Of a stretch of DNA of 64,000 nucleotides, positions 63,547 to 64,000 are shown piece after piece (within the stretch, counting starts at the first letter, position 1; each line of letters opens with the position of its first letter). A program made the position numbers and the translations under genes. This DNA is from Okamejei kenojei (Eukaryota), in the NCBI GenBank assembly GCA_035221665.1, contig CM069137.1:24552001-24616000 (forward strand), given 5' to 3'. A model generated the notes under the pieces. That model was given only the letters and a program-made list of their open reading frames with translations. It had not been told where the DNA came from and searched no databases.

Positions 63547-63878
63547 TGGGTGGCACAGTGGCACAGTTGGTAAATCCGCTGCCTCACAGCCCCAGAGTTC
63601 CGGGTTCGATCCTGACCTTGGGTGCCATCTCTATGAAGTTTGCACGTTCTCCCTGTAATTGCATGGGTTTTCTCCGGGTGCTCCGATTTCCTCCCACATC
63701 CCAAATGCATGTGGGTTTGTAGGTTAATTGACCACTGTAAAATTGCCCCTAATGTATACAGAGTGGATGAGAAAGTGGGATAACATAAATGTTATGTGAA
63801 TGGTTGATTGGTATTGGCATGGACCTGGTGGCCAAAGGGCATGTTCCATGCTGTATATCAAAACTAAACTAAATTAAA
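63547..63878 (+). mobile_element. HE1-type V-SINE inserted in a minus-strand CR1 3' end (63503-64000)
   Basis: Head, B-box, V-domain and tail present. The host tail catagagtcacagagctgtacagcatgg resumes as tttagcccaccttgtccatgc. Confidence 0.85.
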
Positions 63879-64000
63879 CTTTAGCCCACCTTGTCCATGC
63901 TGACTAAGTTAGCATTTTGGACTAGTCCCATTTGCCTGCTTTTGGCCCAAAGCCCTCCTAAACCTTTCCTATCCATATATATGTCCAAAAGTATTTTAAA

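Larger units (their letters stand above)
55931..64000 (+). other. ZEB2: Proximal part of ZEB2 intron 3
   Basis: Begins GTAAGT; no recognisable next ZEB2 exon before the window ends. Confidence 0.65.

Noticed and set aside
1-64000. A prokaryote-style novel system (operon, defence island, phage)
   Set aside because: No gene-dense coding region or long intact ORF; composition and repeats are those of a vertebrate intron.

Overview
Eukaryotic, not microbial: a 64-kb slice of a cartilaginous-fish genome, most likely a skate or ray given the HE1 V-SINEs, HER1/CR1 LINE tails and DeuSINEs. The only host coding sequence I can support is one 258-bp phase 1-1 exon at 55673-55930 (+) that reads as ZEB2 (SIP1/ZFHX1B) exon 3. 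The rest is therefore the distal ~55.7 kb of the large preceding intron and the first ~8 kb of the next intron. The introns hold many mobile elements: about 20 short, often palindromic Penelope-like (PLE) derivatives carrying a minimal hammerhead-ribozyme motif, HE1/Deu/Meta-type SINEs, CR1 fragments, a hAT and a Harbinger-like non-autonomous transposon, and a full-length but frameshifted Passport-like Tc1. Between them are multi-kb repeat-free blocks that look like conserved enhancers, and three odd-sized N runs that sit in such unique sequence. Nearly all ORFs in the supplied track are spurious or repeat-derived. Family names come from recalled consensus sequences, not from a database search.
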